Of a stretch of 64,000 nucleotides of DNA, positions 1 through 12,258 are shown in pieces. A program made the position numbers and the translations under genes. Below the pieces are notes generated by a model. The model searched no databases. It was not told the origin of the DNA and saw nothing but the letters and a program-made list of their open reading frames with translations. Each line of letters begins with the position of its first letter. The first letter of the stretch is position 1. Origin of the DNA: Prorocentrum cordatum (lineage: Eukaryota); the NCBI GenBank assembly GCA_963575745.1, contig CAUYUJ010000001.1:3472001-3536000 (forward strand), in the 5' to 3' direction.

Positions 1-166
1 GGCTGCAGCGGCTGCGGGCGGCGGTGGCGGCGGTGGAGGCGGTGGCGGCGGCGGCGGCGGCGGCGGCGGCTGCGGCGGCGGCGGCGGTGGCGGTGGCGGC
101 AGCGGCTGCGGCGGCAGCGCGGCGCGGCTGCGCCGGCGGCGATTTGGCAGCGGGGGCGGCGGCGGC

Positions 167-207
<41 letters not shown>

Positions 208-330
208 GGCGGCGACGGCGGCGGCGGCGGTGGCGGCGGCGGGCGGCGGCGGCGGGCGGAGGCGGCGGCGGTGGCGGTGGCGGCGGCGGGCGGCGGCGGC
301 GGCGGCGGCGGAGGCGGCGGCGGCGGGCGG
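1..330. repeat. (GGC)n microsatellite
   Basis: Imperfect GGC triplet run seen directly; the poly-A/G/R ORFs over it are artefacts. Confidence 0.97.
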
Positions 331-339
331 CCCCCAGTA

Positions 340-1244
340 GCAAAAACGACTGCTGAATATGCTGACGCTCCGGCCAGACCCGGGTGCTACGTAGGTGTTG
401 GGAGGGCGGGTGGGAGTGAACGAGACGGCTTGCGATCGGGGAGGGAGTTTTGACCCCTCCCCCTACCCCTTCCCCTGGATTTGGACGGGGGAATCGCGAC
501 GCGTTGGAACGTCCGAAATGGCCCAAAACGGCCCCAACAGCGTCTCGGAGAGCCCAAGATGACCTCCAATATAGCTCAAGATAACCCAATATGCTCCAAG
601 ACGGCTTCCCGGATGCTCCAAGAGGCCCCAAGAACGCTCCAAGAGGGCCCCAGGTGGCCACAGAGCCCCCCCAGGAGGCCTCCCAAATGCCAGCATCCTT
701 CCAATGCCCAAAGAATATCACGTTGTTTTTGCATTCTCGCCTTTTCGCTTCCGATGGCCATCCGAAGTCTCAAGTTGGCTCCAAGATGGTTCCTAGAAAA
801 ACCCAAGAGGCCTCCATGACGGCCCCAACAGCGCCCACGAGCGCCCCAAGAAACGACTTTAGGCACTCTAGAAGGGTAGCCCTGATTGAAGCTCCACTCA
901 TTTCTGATCGACGTCTTCCAATATGGTTCCAAGGGCGCCCCTAAAGCTCCCAAGAACGCCGCCAGAGGGCCCCAGGAGGCGCCGAGACGGCCCCAAGAGG
1001 CGCCCAATGGGCATCCAAAGGGCTCCCACGACCCCCCCAAAATGCTTCCAGAGGATCCCCGAGGCACCCAAGGCGCTCAAAGACAGCCTCGGGCTCGCCA
1101 AGATGCCCGTCCAGGCGCCCCAATAGGCCTCCGAAAAATTTCCACAGGACATCCTCGGCGAGACGCATTCAAAAAACTTATGAGTCTTCTGTTCGCCCGT
1201 TTCCATTTCCTCCTCCTCCTCCTCCTCCTCTTCCTCACCATCGA

Positions 1245-1301
<57 letters not shown>

Positions 1302-2693
1302 AACCATCATCCGCTTACTCCTCCTCCTCCTCCCTCCTGCCTCCTCTCCCTCGCCTGCCTCCTCTTCCTCCTCCTCCTCGTTATGTTCCATGCTCTCCTC
1401 CTCCTCTTCCTCCTCGTCCTCGTTGTCCTCCTCCGATTGATCCTCCATCCTCTCCCTCTCGTGGTATAGCGTCTCACCCATCCAAGCGTTTCACTGGATT
1501 TTACTTCGCATCCCTGACCAGGGCAGCTCGTCTGGGCATCTTTTTTTCTGGATGGGCTGGCGGGGTTAGTTTGGCTCGAAAACCGGGCAAAGCGAGGGCT
1601 GGCCGCGCCGAAGCAAAGGAACAAACATAACGGAGTAACGCCCCGCTCAGAAGCGGGGGCAGTGTCCAATAGGTCGTAAGGGCAGACCGACACGGTGACC
1701 ACGAACACAGTCTCCCGGTAGGGCGCGGGTGCGAAGCCGAACAGGACGACCCGCTGGTGGGGTTACTTTTAATCCGCGAGCGACGCGGCACAACCGCGCG
1801 CCGTCAAGAGCGAAGCAACAGCGCTACGATCTAAATTTGGCACCAAACGCGCAGGAGCGAACTACGCTGCGACCCAGCAGGCGAAAGGGACGCTGAGGAT
1901 CAGGCCCGCGTGGGACGCAAATGCCATCACAGAAGGCCAGGAGGTGCACCTGGTCCGCGTGCAGCGCCAAAATGGCGAGGTAGGTCGAGCCCTGGTTCCC
2001 GAAGATCACATCCGCGTAGTCGAGGGGGACGATGACCATTGTCACGTAGTCGAGGAGGGCAAACCGTGCAGGCGCTCAACGGAGGACTCCGGATCGCCAG
2101 GGAAGAGGCCGTGAGCTCACGAGCGCAAAAGTGGCGGGCGTGCGTGCGGGGGGAAGCACGACGGCGGGGGCCGCGGCGGTGGAGCAATGACAGCGCCAAG
2201 AAGAGCACCGACAGCGAGGCGGCGGGACGCCAGGAACATCGCCACACTCGTGGAGGAGATGCCCAGGCCGGCAAGGTACTGGTGGGGTTACTTTTTGTTA
2301 CTAGCCGCAGGCGAGCGCGCCGACGGCGTGTCAAGGTCCGAGCGGGCCACGCGAGGTCCTAAATTTTCTAGCACAAACAGGCCTACCGCCGCAACGCACG
2401 CCGAAACCAGGAAGTGGCCGAGGGGGGGGGGGGGGGGCAGTGGGCTGCAAGCTGCCAGGGGCTGCAAACGAGCATCGAGCTGCAGACGAGACTGGTGGGG
2501 CTACGTTTTTTTTGTTTTTTATGTTTTTTTTTTTTTTGTTGTGTGTGTGTGTGTGTTTGTGATCTGCGGCTCCAAGGACGATTCCAGAGCGGGTCGTATC
2601 GAGCATGGGGCAGCACGCAAGATAATTGCCAGCGGGCCAAAAGCCAACGCCGGAATGCACACGTCTGGTGGGGCTACGCGAAGCGTCTAGAAT
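340..2693 (+). mobile_element. Non-autonomous composite element: CCAAGA-repeat block, (CTC)/(CAT) microsatellite, ~1.2 kb conserved body, 3' ACGC-GAA-GCGT hairpin. Putative Helitron2/Helentron-like
   Basis: Same block order as 43143-45625 on the minus strand, with colinear sequence similarity over ~1490-2690. Ends CTGGTGGGGCTACGCGAAGCGTCTAGAAT. The 5' boundary is approximate and the class is inferred. Confidence 0.6.
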
Positions 2694-3154
2694 TTCTCTT
2701 CCTCCTCACTCAGCTCCTACTGCTCCTCTTCCTCCTCCTCCTCCTCCTCCTCCTCCTTTCCAGGTCTTCCTCCGTCCTTGCTGTACTGTCCTTCCCCCCC
2801 GCATCCTCCAGGCGCGGCCTGGGCGCGAGACATAGCGTCCACCGTCTTTGCCATGAAGTTCATGTACCTCCCCCTTTCTGCATTACACTTCTTATTCCAC
2901 TGCTCCGCATCCTCCGCTTCCTCTTCCCATCCTGCTCTTGCTCCTAATGCTACTGTACTGCTGCTGTAGCACTGTAGCACGCTGACTGGATGGCCGCAGG
3001 AACAGGGCCAGTCGCAAAAGCAGCGGTACCGTCGCCGCACTCGCGATGCCCCGCCGATGCCAGTCCGTGCCCCCGCCGTGCAGACACCATCCCCATCCAT
3101 CCCAATAGGAGGACGCCGCCTGACGCAACGCTGCCGTGGAATGACCAGCCGACG

Positions 3155-3500
3155 ACAACTGACAACCCCGATGCTGAACGCCTCCAGTTCGGGGCGGCCC
3201 GCGCGGCCGCGGGAGCCAGCGCGGGCGCGCGGGCACCAGGCAGCCGGCTGGAGAGTTTGAAGGGGTCCTGGGACACAAATAAAAAGACACAAATAACAAG
3301 ATTCCCCATATTTTCTCCTATTTTCTGGGTTTTCGTCTTCCCCCCCGCTTCCCATATTTTCGCATATTTCCCGGAGGAAACGACGATTCATAGTGTCCGT
3401 GTGTTTTTTCCCTCCTCAGATAACCAGATAACTGACAACCCCGATGCTGAACGCCTCCAGTGCGGGGCGGCCCGCGCGGCCGCGGGAGCCGGCGCTGGCG
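3155..3500 (+). repeat. Local direct duplication of ~70 bp (about 3158-3225 and 3430-3497)
   Basis: AACTGACAACCCCGATGCTGAACGCCTCCAGTYCGGGGCGGCCCGCGCGGCCGCGGGAGCC-like sequence occurs twice. The intervening 3255-3420 segment resembles 4470-4630. Confidence 0.85.
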
Positions 3501-4003
3501 TCAAGTCGGGCGTGTCCCCCTGCAGAAGGATTTTGGGCGAAAAATGAGGAAGACTCAAAAAATCCCCCCCCCCCCCCACCCCACTGGGCAAAACTAGTCA
3601 AAAGATCGTCCCCGTACTATTTTTTGACTGACTTTTAAATATTCGGGAGCGGCCAAGAGGGCGTGTGTCCAAGAGGGGGGGGTGCAAATCATGACCGGCG
3701 GCATGTGCGCGGCCCAGCGGGGGGGCCAGGGGCGTAACAAAATCAAGAAGAGGCGCCATGAAATCTGGGGAGATCTCATGGCCCCACGCCATGATATCCA
3801 CCCCCCCTCTAGTCATCACCCCCCTCTTTGCCGCCCCCGAAATATTCCCCCTGCGTCCCCCTACAGGGAGATTTTGGGCGAAAAAAAGGAATACTCAAAA
3901 CATGCCCCCCCCCAATGGGCAAAAAAAATAAAGAAAATCGTCCCCATACTATTTCTTGACTGCTTTTGGATATCCCCCCTGTAGAGGGACAGGCCCGACT
4001 CCG
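3501..4003. mobile_element. ~500 bp MITE with 22-bp imperfect TIRs and a possible 8-9 bp TSD (hAT/Mutator-like)
   Basis: Left end AGTCGGGCGTGTCCCCCTGCAG (3504) pairs with right end CTGTAGAGGGACAGGCCCGACT (ends 4000). Flanks GCGCTGGCG / GCGCCGGCG. A second left end lies at ~37403. Confidence 0.75.
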
Positions 4004-5334
4004 CGCCGGCGCGCGGGCCTCTCGCGGGGCGGCGCGGTGCTGCGCAGGGCGGCGGGGCCCGGCCGCGGGCACGCGCGAGCGGCCGCGGCGGCGCAGCCCC
4101 GGGAGGTGGCCGGCCTCGCCGGCGCCCGCGGGGTGCGCGGCGCGGGCCGGGCGCGGGGGCTATATGGGGGGGGGCCCTGGGGCGCACAAATAAATGGACA
4201 CAAATAGCAGGATTCCCCATGTTTTCCCACCCTTTCCCATATGGGAGGGGCCCTGGGGCGCACAAATAAATGGACACAAATACAGTCGGGGCGGGGCGTT
4301 GACCTGAGGAGCCCTAAATGAGGAACGAGGCCCCGTTTTCCCATAAGTTCAACCTCGACTTGCCATGGAGAAGCTGAGGAAAACCCGAGGCAAAGTTTGA
4401 AACAATCAAGGGGCACCGAGCCCCTCCCCAACGAAACGGGTTCCTTCTGCAGCGCCCCGACTGTATAGGAGGGGCCCTGGGGCACACAAAGAAATAGGCA
4501 CAGATAGCAGGATTCCCCATATTTTCCCATATTATCTTGGCTTTTGTTTTCCAGCCCAACTCCCGTATTGTCGCATCTTCTCTTGACGACTGACGATTCA
4601 CTGTCTGTGTGTTTTTTCCCCCCTCCTGAGCTGTGGCCTTCCCCCGCGGCGCTCTCGGCTGGAGCAGCGGTGGCCATGGAACGACGTGACCCTGTGCCCA
4701 AGCGGCCCGACTCTGAATTTGGCGGCTGGCGCGAATAGCATTTTTTTTTCCAGCGCTATTTTGGGAGAGGAACGAGGAAAGCAGAGGGGAATGAATCGCG
4801 AATGAACTGCCGAGACGTCCCTCTCGATCTGATCGTCTGCCAGCAAGGCGCTACAATGTGCCACCCTGGGCGTTTCCCAAAACCGGGATGCCGTCACACG
4901 CGCTCTTCCACGCAAGCGCCGGCCGGGGCGGCGCTTGCACGAATAGCATGATGAGCCCCCAAAAACATCAAAACGCGCTGGCAGGTACATGCCGGACGCG
5001 CAGGGAGAAGAGCTTTGGTAATCAGAGAGGTAATGTCGGTCATCGCACTGGTGGCTGTTACCATGATGGGCAGCACCACCAAGAGCCACACATCCCTTTG
5101 GGTGTGCAGTTCCCGCTTCGCCAGATGCGTCGCACCAATTCCCGAACGAGAGCCGATGGTCGTCCGAGGGCAGGGCAGCAGACGGAGCCGGTTCAGCCTC
5201 GCAACATCGCTGCTCCGAGCTTCCTGTCCTGATCAATCGTGGCTACGGACCTCCATCCGCTCCTACCTCTGCTTCTCCTCCGCCTCATCCTCCTCCTCCT
5301 CCTTCTCCTCGTCCTTCTCCCACATCCGCGGCAC

Positions 5335-5405
5335 CCAGCGATAGGAAAGTTCAAGATGTTGTCGCCGAAAGGGTTAGCAATCACGCACGCTATCTGCAGA
5401 ATGCC
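5335..5405 (-). CDS. Bestrophin-family channel exon: GILQIACVIANPFGDNILNFPIA(G)
   Basis: Acceptor tttgcatag| in phase 0. Carries the bestrophin (N/D)PFG...FP signature. GG|GT donor. Joins in frame to the exon at 11872-11907. Confidence 0.9.
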
Positions 5406-6358
5406 CTATGCAAATGAGGGCGGAACCATTCAGCAGAAACGGGATGACGGAATGGGGGTTGAGAGGGGAAAGCAGGGGAGGAGCAGGAGGAGACGTAGAG
5501 AGAAAAGGATGAAAGGGAGGACGACGCGGAATGATGACCAGACATCTGAAGCAATCGCGAATGTTCTTGCCGCGCGAGGGGCACTGGAAGACGAGGAGGC
5601 TGACAGCAACCGGACATCCGCACTCCACTATGCTAGCGAAACAAACTCTACGACGGGAACGTCGAAGGCGTTTTCCAAGGGGAACGCCAAGTCTCACTTG
5701 CACTGCATCCCAAAGAAGCTCTTCCTGGGTTTGTAACATGTGTGCGAACCCCCATCGGCCTGAGACAAATATATCCTCTGCAGACATTGCATCACTAACA
5801 TTCATGACAATGTGCGATTTCTCGGGCTGCAAGGATTCACTCCGGGATTTGGTACCGCTGTTCAGAGGCTTTCGTGAAGCGCTCCGCGGTGGCCTTGGCA
5901 CAAAGCACCCCTCATACGCCGAAGAGCGCAAACAACCGAACACATTTAGACTGGCTGGCTGATCTCGAGTCGGGGTGGTCTTGCAGAGGTGAAGCTACAC
6001 CGCCAGTGTCGAATGTGTTTGTTCATTGTTCTGAGCATGTGCAGATGAAGTGAGGACCACAACACATTCGTGTAAGACATCACCAATATGGCTTCTGCGG
6101 AGCTCATGCCGCAACGCAGGCAATTGTGGAAGTCAGTATTAAACTCTTCGAGCAGTAGCGGCTAGAAAACATCACGCTACCGAGGAACCCCACATGCTTA
6201 TATGATGGCTGGGGTGATGCTAGCTGAAGTGAAGCGTGCGAGACTGACGTTTGTGGCCGTTGCCCCGCCGATATTGTTGGTGACGCCACTCAAGAGGAGA
6301 GGTGGAAGAGGAGGAGCGCCGCGCCAGCCACACTTTGCGAGCCCGAAACAGATTGCGC

Positions 6359-9135
6359 CCGCACCCTCAAGGCACCCCCTTGTGGCGTCGAGAAAGTGCC
6401 ACACCTATGCCCTGGACGACCGTCGTGCATAGCGGCCGCGGTGAGAGACTACCCCCTGCGCGCCCCCTCTGGTGTCGAGAAAGTGCCACGCCTGCTATGC
6501 GTGGACGACCGTCGTGCATAGCGGCCGCGCTCAGGGACCACCCCCTGCGCACCCCCTGTGTTGTCGAGAAAGTGCCACGCCTGCTGTGCCTGGACGACCG
6601 TCGTGCATAGCGGCCGCGGTCAGGGACCACCCCCTGCGCACCCCCTGTGGTGTCGAGAAAGTGACACGCCTGCTGTGCCTGGACGACCGTCGTGCATAGC
6701 GGCCGCGCTCAGGGACCACCCCCTGCGCACCCCCTGTGGTGTCGAGAAAATGCAACGCCTGCTGTGCCTGGACGACCGTCGTGCATAGCGGCCGAGCTCA
6801 GAGACCACCCCTCTGCGCACCCCCTGTGGTGTCGAGAAAGTGCCACGCCTGCTGTGCCTGGACGACCGTCGTGTATAGCAGCCGAGCTCAGGGACCACCC
6901 CCTGCGCACCACCTGTGGTGTCGAGAAAGTGCCACGCCTGCTATGCTTGGACGACCGTCGTGCATAGCGGCTGCGCTCAGGGACCACCCCCTGCGCACCC
7001 CCTATGGTGTCGAGAAAGTGCCACGCCTGCTCCCCCTCTGGTGTCGAACCAATGCCACGCCTGCTGTGCCTGGACGACCGTCGTGCATAGCAGCCGAGCT
7101 CAGGGACCACCCCCTGCGCACCCCCTGTGGTGTCGACGAAGTGCCACGCCTACTGTGCCTGGACGACCGTCGTGCATAGCGGCCGAGCTCAGGGACCACC
7201 CCGTGCGCACCCCCTGTGGTGTCGAGAAAGTGACACGCCTGCTGTGCCTGGACGACCGTCGTGCATAGCGGCCGCGCTCAGGGACCACCCCCTCCGCACC
7301 CCCTGTGGCGTCGAGAAAATGCAACGCCTGCTGTGCCTGGACGACCGTCGTGCATAGCGGCCGAGCTCAGAGACCACCCCTCTGCGCACCCCCTGTGGTG
7401 TCGAGAAAATGCCGCGCCTGCTGTGCCTGGACGGCCGTCGTGTATAGCAGCCGAGCTCAGGGACCACCCCCTGCGCACCACCTGTGGTGTCGAGAAAGTG
7501 CCACGCCTGCTATGCTTGGACGACCGTCGTGCATAGCGGCTGCGCTCAGGGACCACCCCCTGCGCACCCCCTATGGTGTCGAGAAATTGCCACGCCTGCT
7601 ATGCCTGGACGACCGTCGTGCATAGCGACCGAGCTCAGTGACCACCCCCTGCGCACCTTTTCTGGTGTCGAGAAAGTGCCACGCCTGCTGTGCCTGGACG
7701 ACCGTCGTGGAAGGGGAGGGGGGAGGTGTAAGACGCGGGTGCCGCGCGGCAGGGAAGAAAACCACTACAGGTCCCCCCCCCCCCGCTTGCGTGCCCCTGC
7801 AGCCTCGAAAAAGGCACGCGCGCGCTGGGCCCTGGGAGACCGCCCCCCCTGCGCACCCTCTATGCCGTCGAGAGAAATGCCACGCCTGCTGTGCCTGGAC
7901 GACCGTCGTGCGTAGCGACCTCTGTGAGAGACCACCCCCTGCGCACCCCCTGTGGTGTCGAGAAAGTGCCACGCCTGCTGTGCCTGGACGACCGTCGTGC
8001 ATAGCGGCCGCGGTGAATGAGACCACCCCCTGCGCACCCCCAGTGGCGTCGAGAAAGTGCCACGCCTGCTGTGCCTGAGCACGACCGTCGTGCATAGCGG
8101 CCGCGGTGAGAGACCACCCCCTGCGCACCCCCTGTGGTGTCGAGAAAGTGCCACGCCTGCTGTGCCTGGACGACCGTCGTGCCGAGCGGCCGCGGTGAGA
8201 GACCACCCCCTGCGCACCCCCTGTGGTGTCGGTGCCACGCCTGCTGTGCCTGGACGACCGTCGTGCATAGCGGCCGCGGTGAGAGACCACCCCCTGCGCC
8301 ACCCCCTGTGGTGTCGAGAAAGTGCCACGCCTGCTGTGCCTGGACGTCGTAGCCAGAGACCACCCCCTGCGCCCCCCCTGTGGTGTCGAGAAAGTGCCAC
8401 GCCTGCTGTGCTGGACGTCCGTCGTGCATTGCGGCCGCACCCATGACCACCCCCTGCGCACCCCCTGTGGTGTCGAGAATGTGCCACGCCTGCTGTGCCT
8501 GGACGACCGTCGTGCATAGCGGCCGCGGTGAGAGACCACCCCCTGCGCACCCCCTGTGGTGTCGAGAAAAGTGCCACGCCTGCTGTGCCTGGACGACCGT
8601 CGTGCATAGCGGCCGCGGTGAGAGACCACCCCCTGCGCACCCCCTGTGGTGTCGAGAGAAGTGCCACGCCTGCTGTGCCTGGGCGACGTCGTGCATAGCG
8701 GCCGCGGTGAGAGACCACCCCTGCGCACCCCCTGTGGTGTCGAGAAAGTGCCACGCCTGCTGTGCCTGGACGACCGTCGTGCATAGCGGCCGCGGTGAGA
8801 GACCACCCCCTGCGCACCCTTGTGGTGTCGAGAATGTGCCACGCCTGCTGTGCCTGGACGACCGTCGTGCATAGCGGCCGCGGTGAGAGACCACCCCCTG
8901 CGCACCCCCTGTGGTGTCGAGAAAATGCCATGTCTGCTAGGCCCTGCGACATTGGCGCGTATAGGGACCGCGGTGAGAGGCCACCCCCTGCGCACCCCCT
9001 CCGGTGTCGAGAAAGTGCCACGCCTGCTAGGCCCTGCGACATTGGCGCGTATAGAGACCGCGGTGAGAGACCACCCCCTGCGCACCCCCTGTGGTGTCGA
9101 GAAAGTGCCACGCCTGCCGTGCCCTGCGCCATGGC
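6359..9135. repeat. 89-bp tandem satellite (~30 units), interrupted at about 7710-7845
   Basis: Unit GCACCCCCTGTGGTGTCGAGAAAGTGCCACGCCTGCTGTGCCTGGACGACCGTCGTGCATAGCGGCCGCG...GACCACCCCCTGC repeated contiguously. Confidence 0.97.
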
Positions 9136-10009
9136 CTGCATAGAGCCTCCTGCCATCCACTGCGAATCCTACACACACGTCTTGTATATGGGATGGTAGG
9201 TGTATGTGTATGCGTATGATGCGTGTGCGGCTATATCGGGACGTGTCTCATGTGGGTGCCCACTATGTCGCGCACACGCCTCAATGGACGCTGCAGTGAT
9301 CACGCCAGGCGCGCACTAGCGTTGTATGGTGTGTGTGTGTGTTGTGTGCGAGTGTGTGCATGCGCGCGGCCGTATGTAGACGCGTGTCTCATGTACTTGC
9401 CGTGCACGCGTTGAGCGCGGGTGAGGAGAGGAAGGAGGAGAGAGGAGATGAGGTGTGAGGTGAGGTGAGACGCGGGTGCGCCGCGGCAGGGAAGAAAACC
9501 ATAACCCCACGAAACATGTGGGGAACTACACATGCGAAATGACGTTCGATCCAAGGCGCACGGAATTGGCTCTCCATTTCCCCCATCCGTTCTGATGAGA
9601 CACACACCCTTCCCGCTGTTGCGCAAGGAGTGCTAGACAATACGGCGACACGCGCAAGTCGACCTGCAGCACACCGACTATAGAGACAAGAAAGCGGTTT
9701 CGCGATCACTAACAAACCTGCAAGAATGAGCTAATGACCAGCGCCTCCCACCAGCCCCCTTTGAGGAGTGCGGCCTGGAACTGCGAAACACATACCAAGA
9801 CATGGTCGCGCCGAGGAAGACGGAGGGCGCATAAGGGATGAGCAGACAGAGCAGGAGATGAGATCCTACTTTTCATTCGTTGCCCTTGGTGTGCTGCTGT
9901 ATCACGAAATGAAATCTACGAAACCACTGCCGTCGGGAATCCTGATGACTTCAAACCTAGTGTTCTGAATCAACCATTCGGGCCCGTCAAAATCTCGACC
10001 AAAAGTCGC

Positions 10010-10480
10010 GTCCACGCCCCTGAACGGCCCAAGATGGCCCTAGGACGGCGCAAGAGGTTAGCAGAACGCACCACTAGTGCCACGAGGGGATCCCCAAGAT
10101 GCCTCCAAGAGGCAAGCCACAACGATCAACCATCTGTTTCCTGGGTAAATTTCCGCATGCTCTGCTTTTCGAGTGCAAGAATGCCCAGGCTGGCCCGAGA
10201 GGGCCGCAACAAATCGCACCAAGACTGGCCAACGGACCCCAAGCGAGTCCCAGGACAGGCCAAGACCAGCCCAGGAGGGGGCCTGAAACGCGCACAGAGA
10301 ATCCCTGGAGAGGCGCAAGATTGCCCAAGAGGGGCTCCAAGAGACTCGCAGGACACCGCTGACAGCCCAAGGGCGACCCAAAGCACCCCCACCGGGCCCG
10401 AAGACGGCCGACGGGGGCCCGCAGAGACTCCAATGGAGGCCCAGCGAATCCCAGAAGAACCCGACTCTTCAACCAAAACA
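10010..10480 (+). repeat. Degenerate GGCCCCAAGA-family interspersed repeat
   Basis: Recurrent CCAAGA/GGCCC motifs plus the internal TTTCCGCATGCTCTGCTTTTCG-like segment seen in other copies. Confidence 0.75.
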
Positions 10481-11871
10481 TATACAAAACAAATGTTACC
10501 GGCGTGAACCCCAAACGGTGAGCACACGTCGATCATTTCTAATCGTGCTCACGTCTAATTGTGCTCGTTTCTAATTGTTCCTGGCCCCCTAATGGCCAGG
10601 AAGATGCCCGGGATTGAACAATTAGACATGAAAGGATCTTGCCCCCCCCAAGAGTCAAAGAACTTTCGAATACATAAAAATGAACAAGGTGTATGAGTAA
10701 AACAACGGTGTGCTATAGATATGGTGCACTCCGAGGGGTGTGATACATTTGGGGTGCTTTCCGCGGGATCTTATCTGGTCCAACGCGCTCGGGTGTATAC
10801 GGACTCTAGCGGCTCTGGAAGAGGACTCCCCCAAAACAACCCAAACGGCGCCCAAGGAGGCGAAACGTTACCCCGAACAGCCGAAAAGACCCAAAGCGGG
10901 TTCCACGACGCCCCAGAAACATTGCAACACCTCGTCCGACCTCCGCCTTTTCGTCCTCGACGTCGTCGTCGTCGTCGTCCTCCTCCTCCTCCTCCTCCTC
11001 CTTCTCCTGTCCTGTCCTCCTACAACATCTCTGGTGTCGCGAAAACGGTTGTGACCGGTGGCATGACTAGTGATAGAACTCATCCATGAAAACTGGCACC
11101 AACGCCTTGTCGACAACGCAACCGTCTGCAGCGTACTTCAATACTCCTCACTGTCATCGTCCTATTCGTCGTGTTCACCTGGGTCACGCACGTCGTTACC
11201 AATGTCGTCATCGTCGTTCTCTATTTCGTGTTCACCAGTGTTATAGTTCCCATCGCTCAACATTGAAACATGCCGCCTCCACATTATCGTGATCCTCATC
11301 TTCCTACTCATGATCAGTATCATCGCCACCGATTCGTTAAGATCGCCTTGCTGGCGCATATCGATCGACTACGACCACGGGTAGTAGTCCAGCCCATGCA
11401 ATGAAGTGCCTACCGACCTAGTAACCCCAGTGGTAGGGCGACATAAGCGTATGAATAGGACGACAATAACGTTTGATCGCGGCAAGGGTCGACCTCAATA
11501 CATAGGAGGAATTGATTTCACTGTACTGCGCAATGATTTTCTAATAACAATCGCAACAGACCCTGTCCCCTTTTAGGTCTGGACGTGGTGCCGCGACTGT
11601 TGGTAACTGATGAAAACGTCATCACGTTGCGAGCGGCGGAGAAAAGCGGACGCGGCAACACGAACAATAGATCTCCCACACCTGCCTCGCCACAGACGGG
11701 ACATCCAAGTATCTTCTTCCAGTGTCAACGCGAGAATTTTCTGCACTCGTGTTCTCCTGTACATTCCTCAGCCCACCTACAAGCAGCGCAGAGGGGGGAG
11801 GTAATGTGGAGCGGGGCGAGGGGGGGCAGACAGAGGAGGCGTGGGACCAGGGCAAAGGCGGCCCCACAGGC

Positions 11872-11907
11872 CTGGTACACGGCCACCACAACGCCCAACG
11901 TGACGAC
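11872..11907 (-). CDS. Bestrophin-family channel micro-exon: VVTLGVVVAVYQ (36 bp)
   Basis: ctcgcag| acceptor and CAG|GC donor, phase 0 at both ends. Supplies the TM segment ending YQ that precedes GIL...NPFG in bestrophins. Confidence 0.85.
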
Positions 11908-12258
11908 CTGCGAGCTTGGTTTCAAACGAAGACGATGGGGAGAAACGATCGAAAATACCGGCCCCGGATCAAAATAGCGAACACTCATGCCACATTCATC
12001 TGTCAACGCCTCCCCCTCTCCCAAATGTTCAAAGTTGGCGGTGGGTCTGATGAGTTGCACCTCGACCGCAGTCTCCCCCACGCGCCAACTTTAAGTTTGG
12101 GGGGAGAAGGAGTGTTCAATAATTGGTTCCCTCTATGTACCGTATGAATGGGGAGAGACAGCGCAGTGAAGATGATGGCGATGATGTTGCTGATTACGAT
12201 GGTGGTGGCGATAATGGGGGGGGGCAGAAATACATGTGCTGCTGACATCCAGAAGGGA

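Noticed and set aside
1966..1976. GCCATTTTGGC (minus strand; also GCCATTTTGG at 44219-44228) resembling the dinoflagellate spliced leader
   Set aside because: Only 10-11 nt match. The flanking CCGTA and TCAAG are absent and the site is internal to a repeat.
4355..4870. Candidate next bestrophin exons (cag|G-VAHCSALLADDQIE near 4865; cctcag|C-FSMASR near 4372)
   Set aside because: Both fit the phase, but neither has a diagnostic motif. They cannot be chosen between without cDNA.
5545..5640. Ankyrin-like phrase IANVLAARGA...TSALHYAS on the plus strand
   Set aside because: Single weak repeat with imperfect spacing, antisense within an intron, and no supporting exons.
6359..9135. 89-bp array as a CRISPR array or a repetitive protein gene
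   Set aside because: No unique spacers and no cas genes. Indels break all frames.
11573..11640. DDVFISY resembling the start of a TIR domain
   Set aside because: A stop follows within about 10 codons and there are no other TIR motifs.
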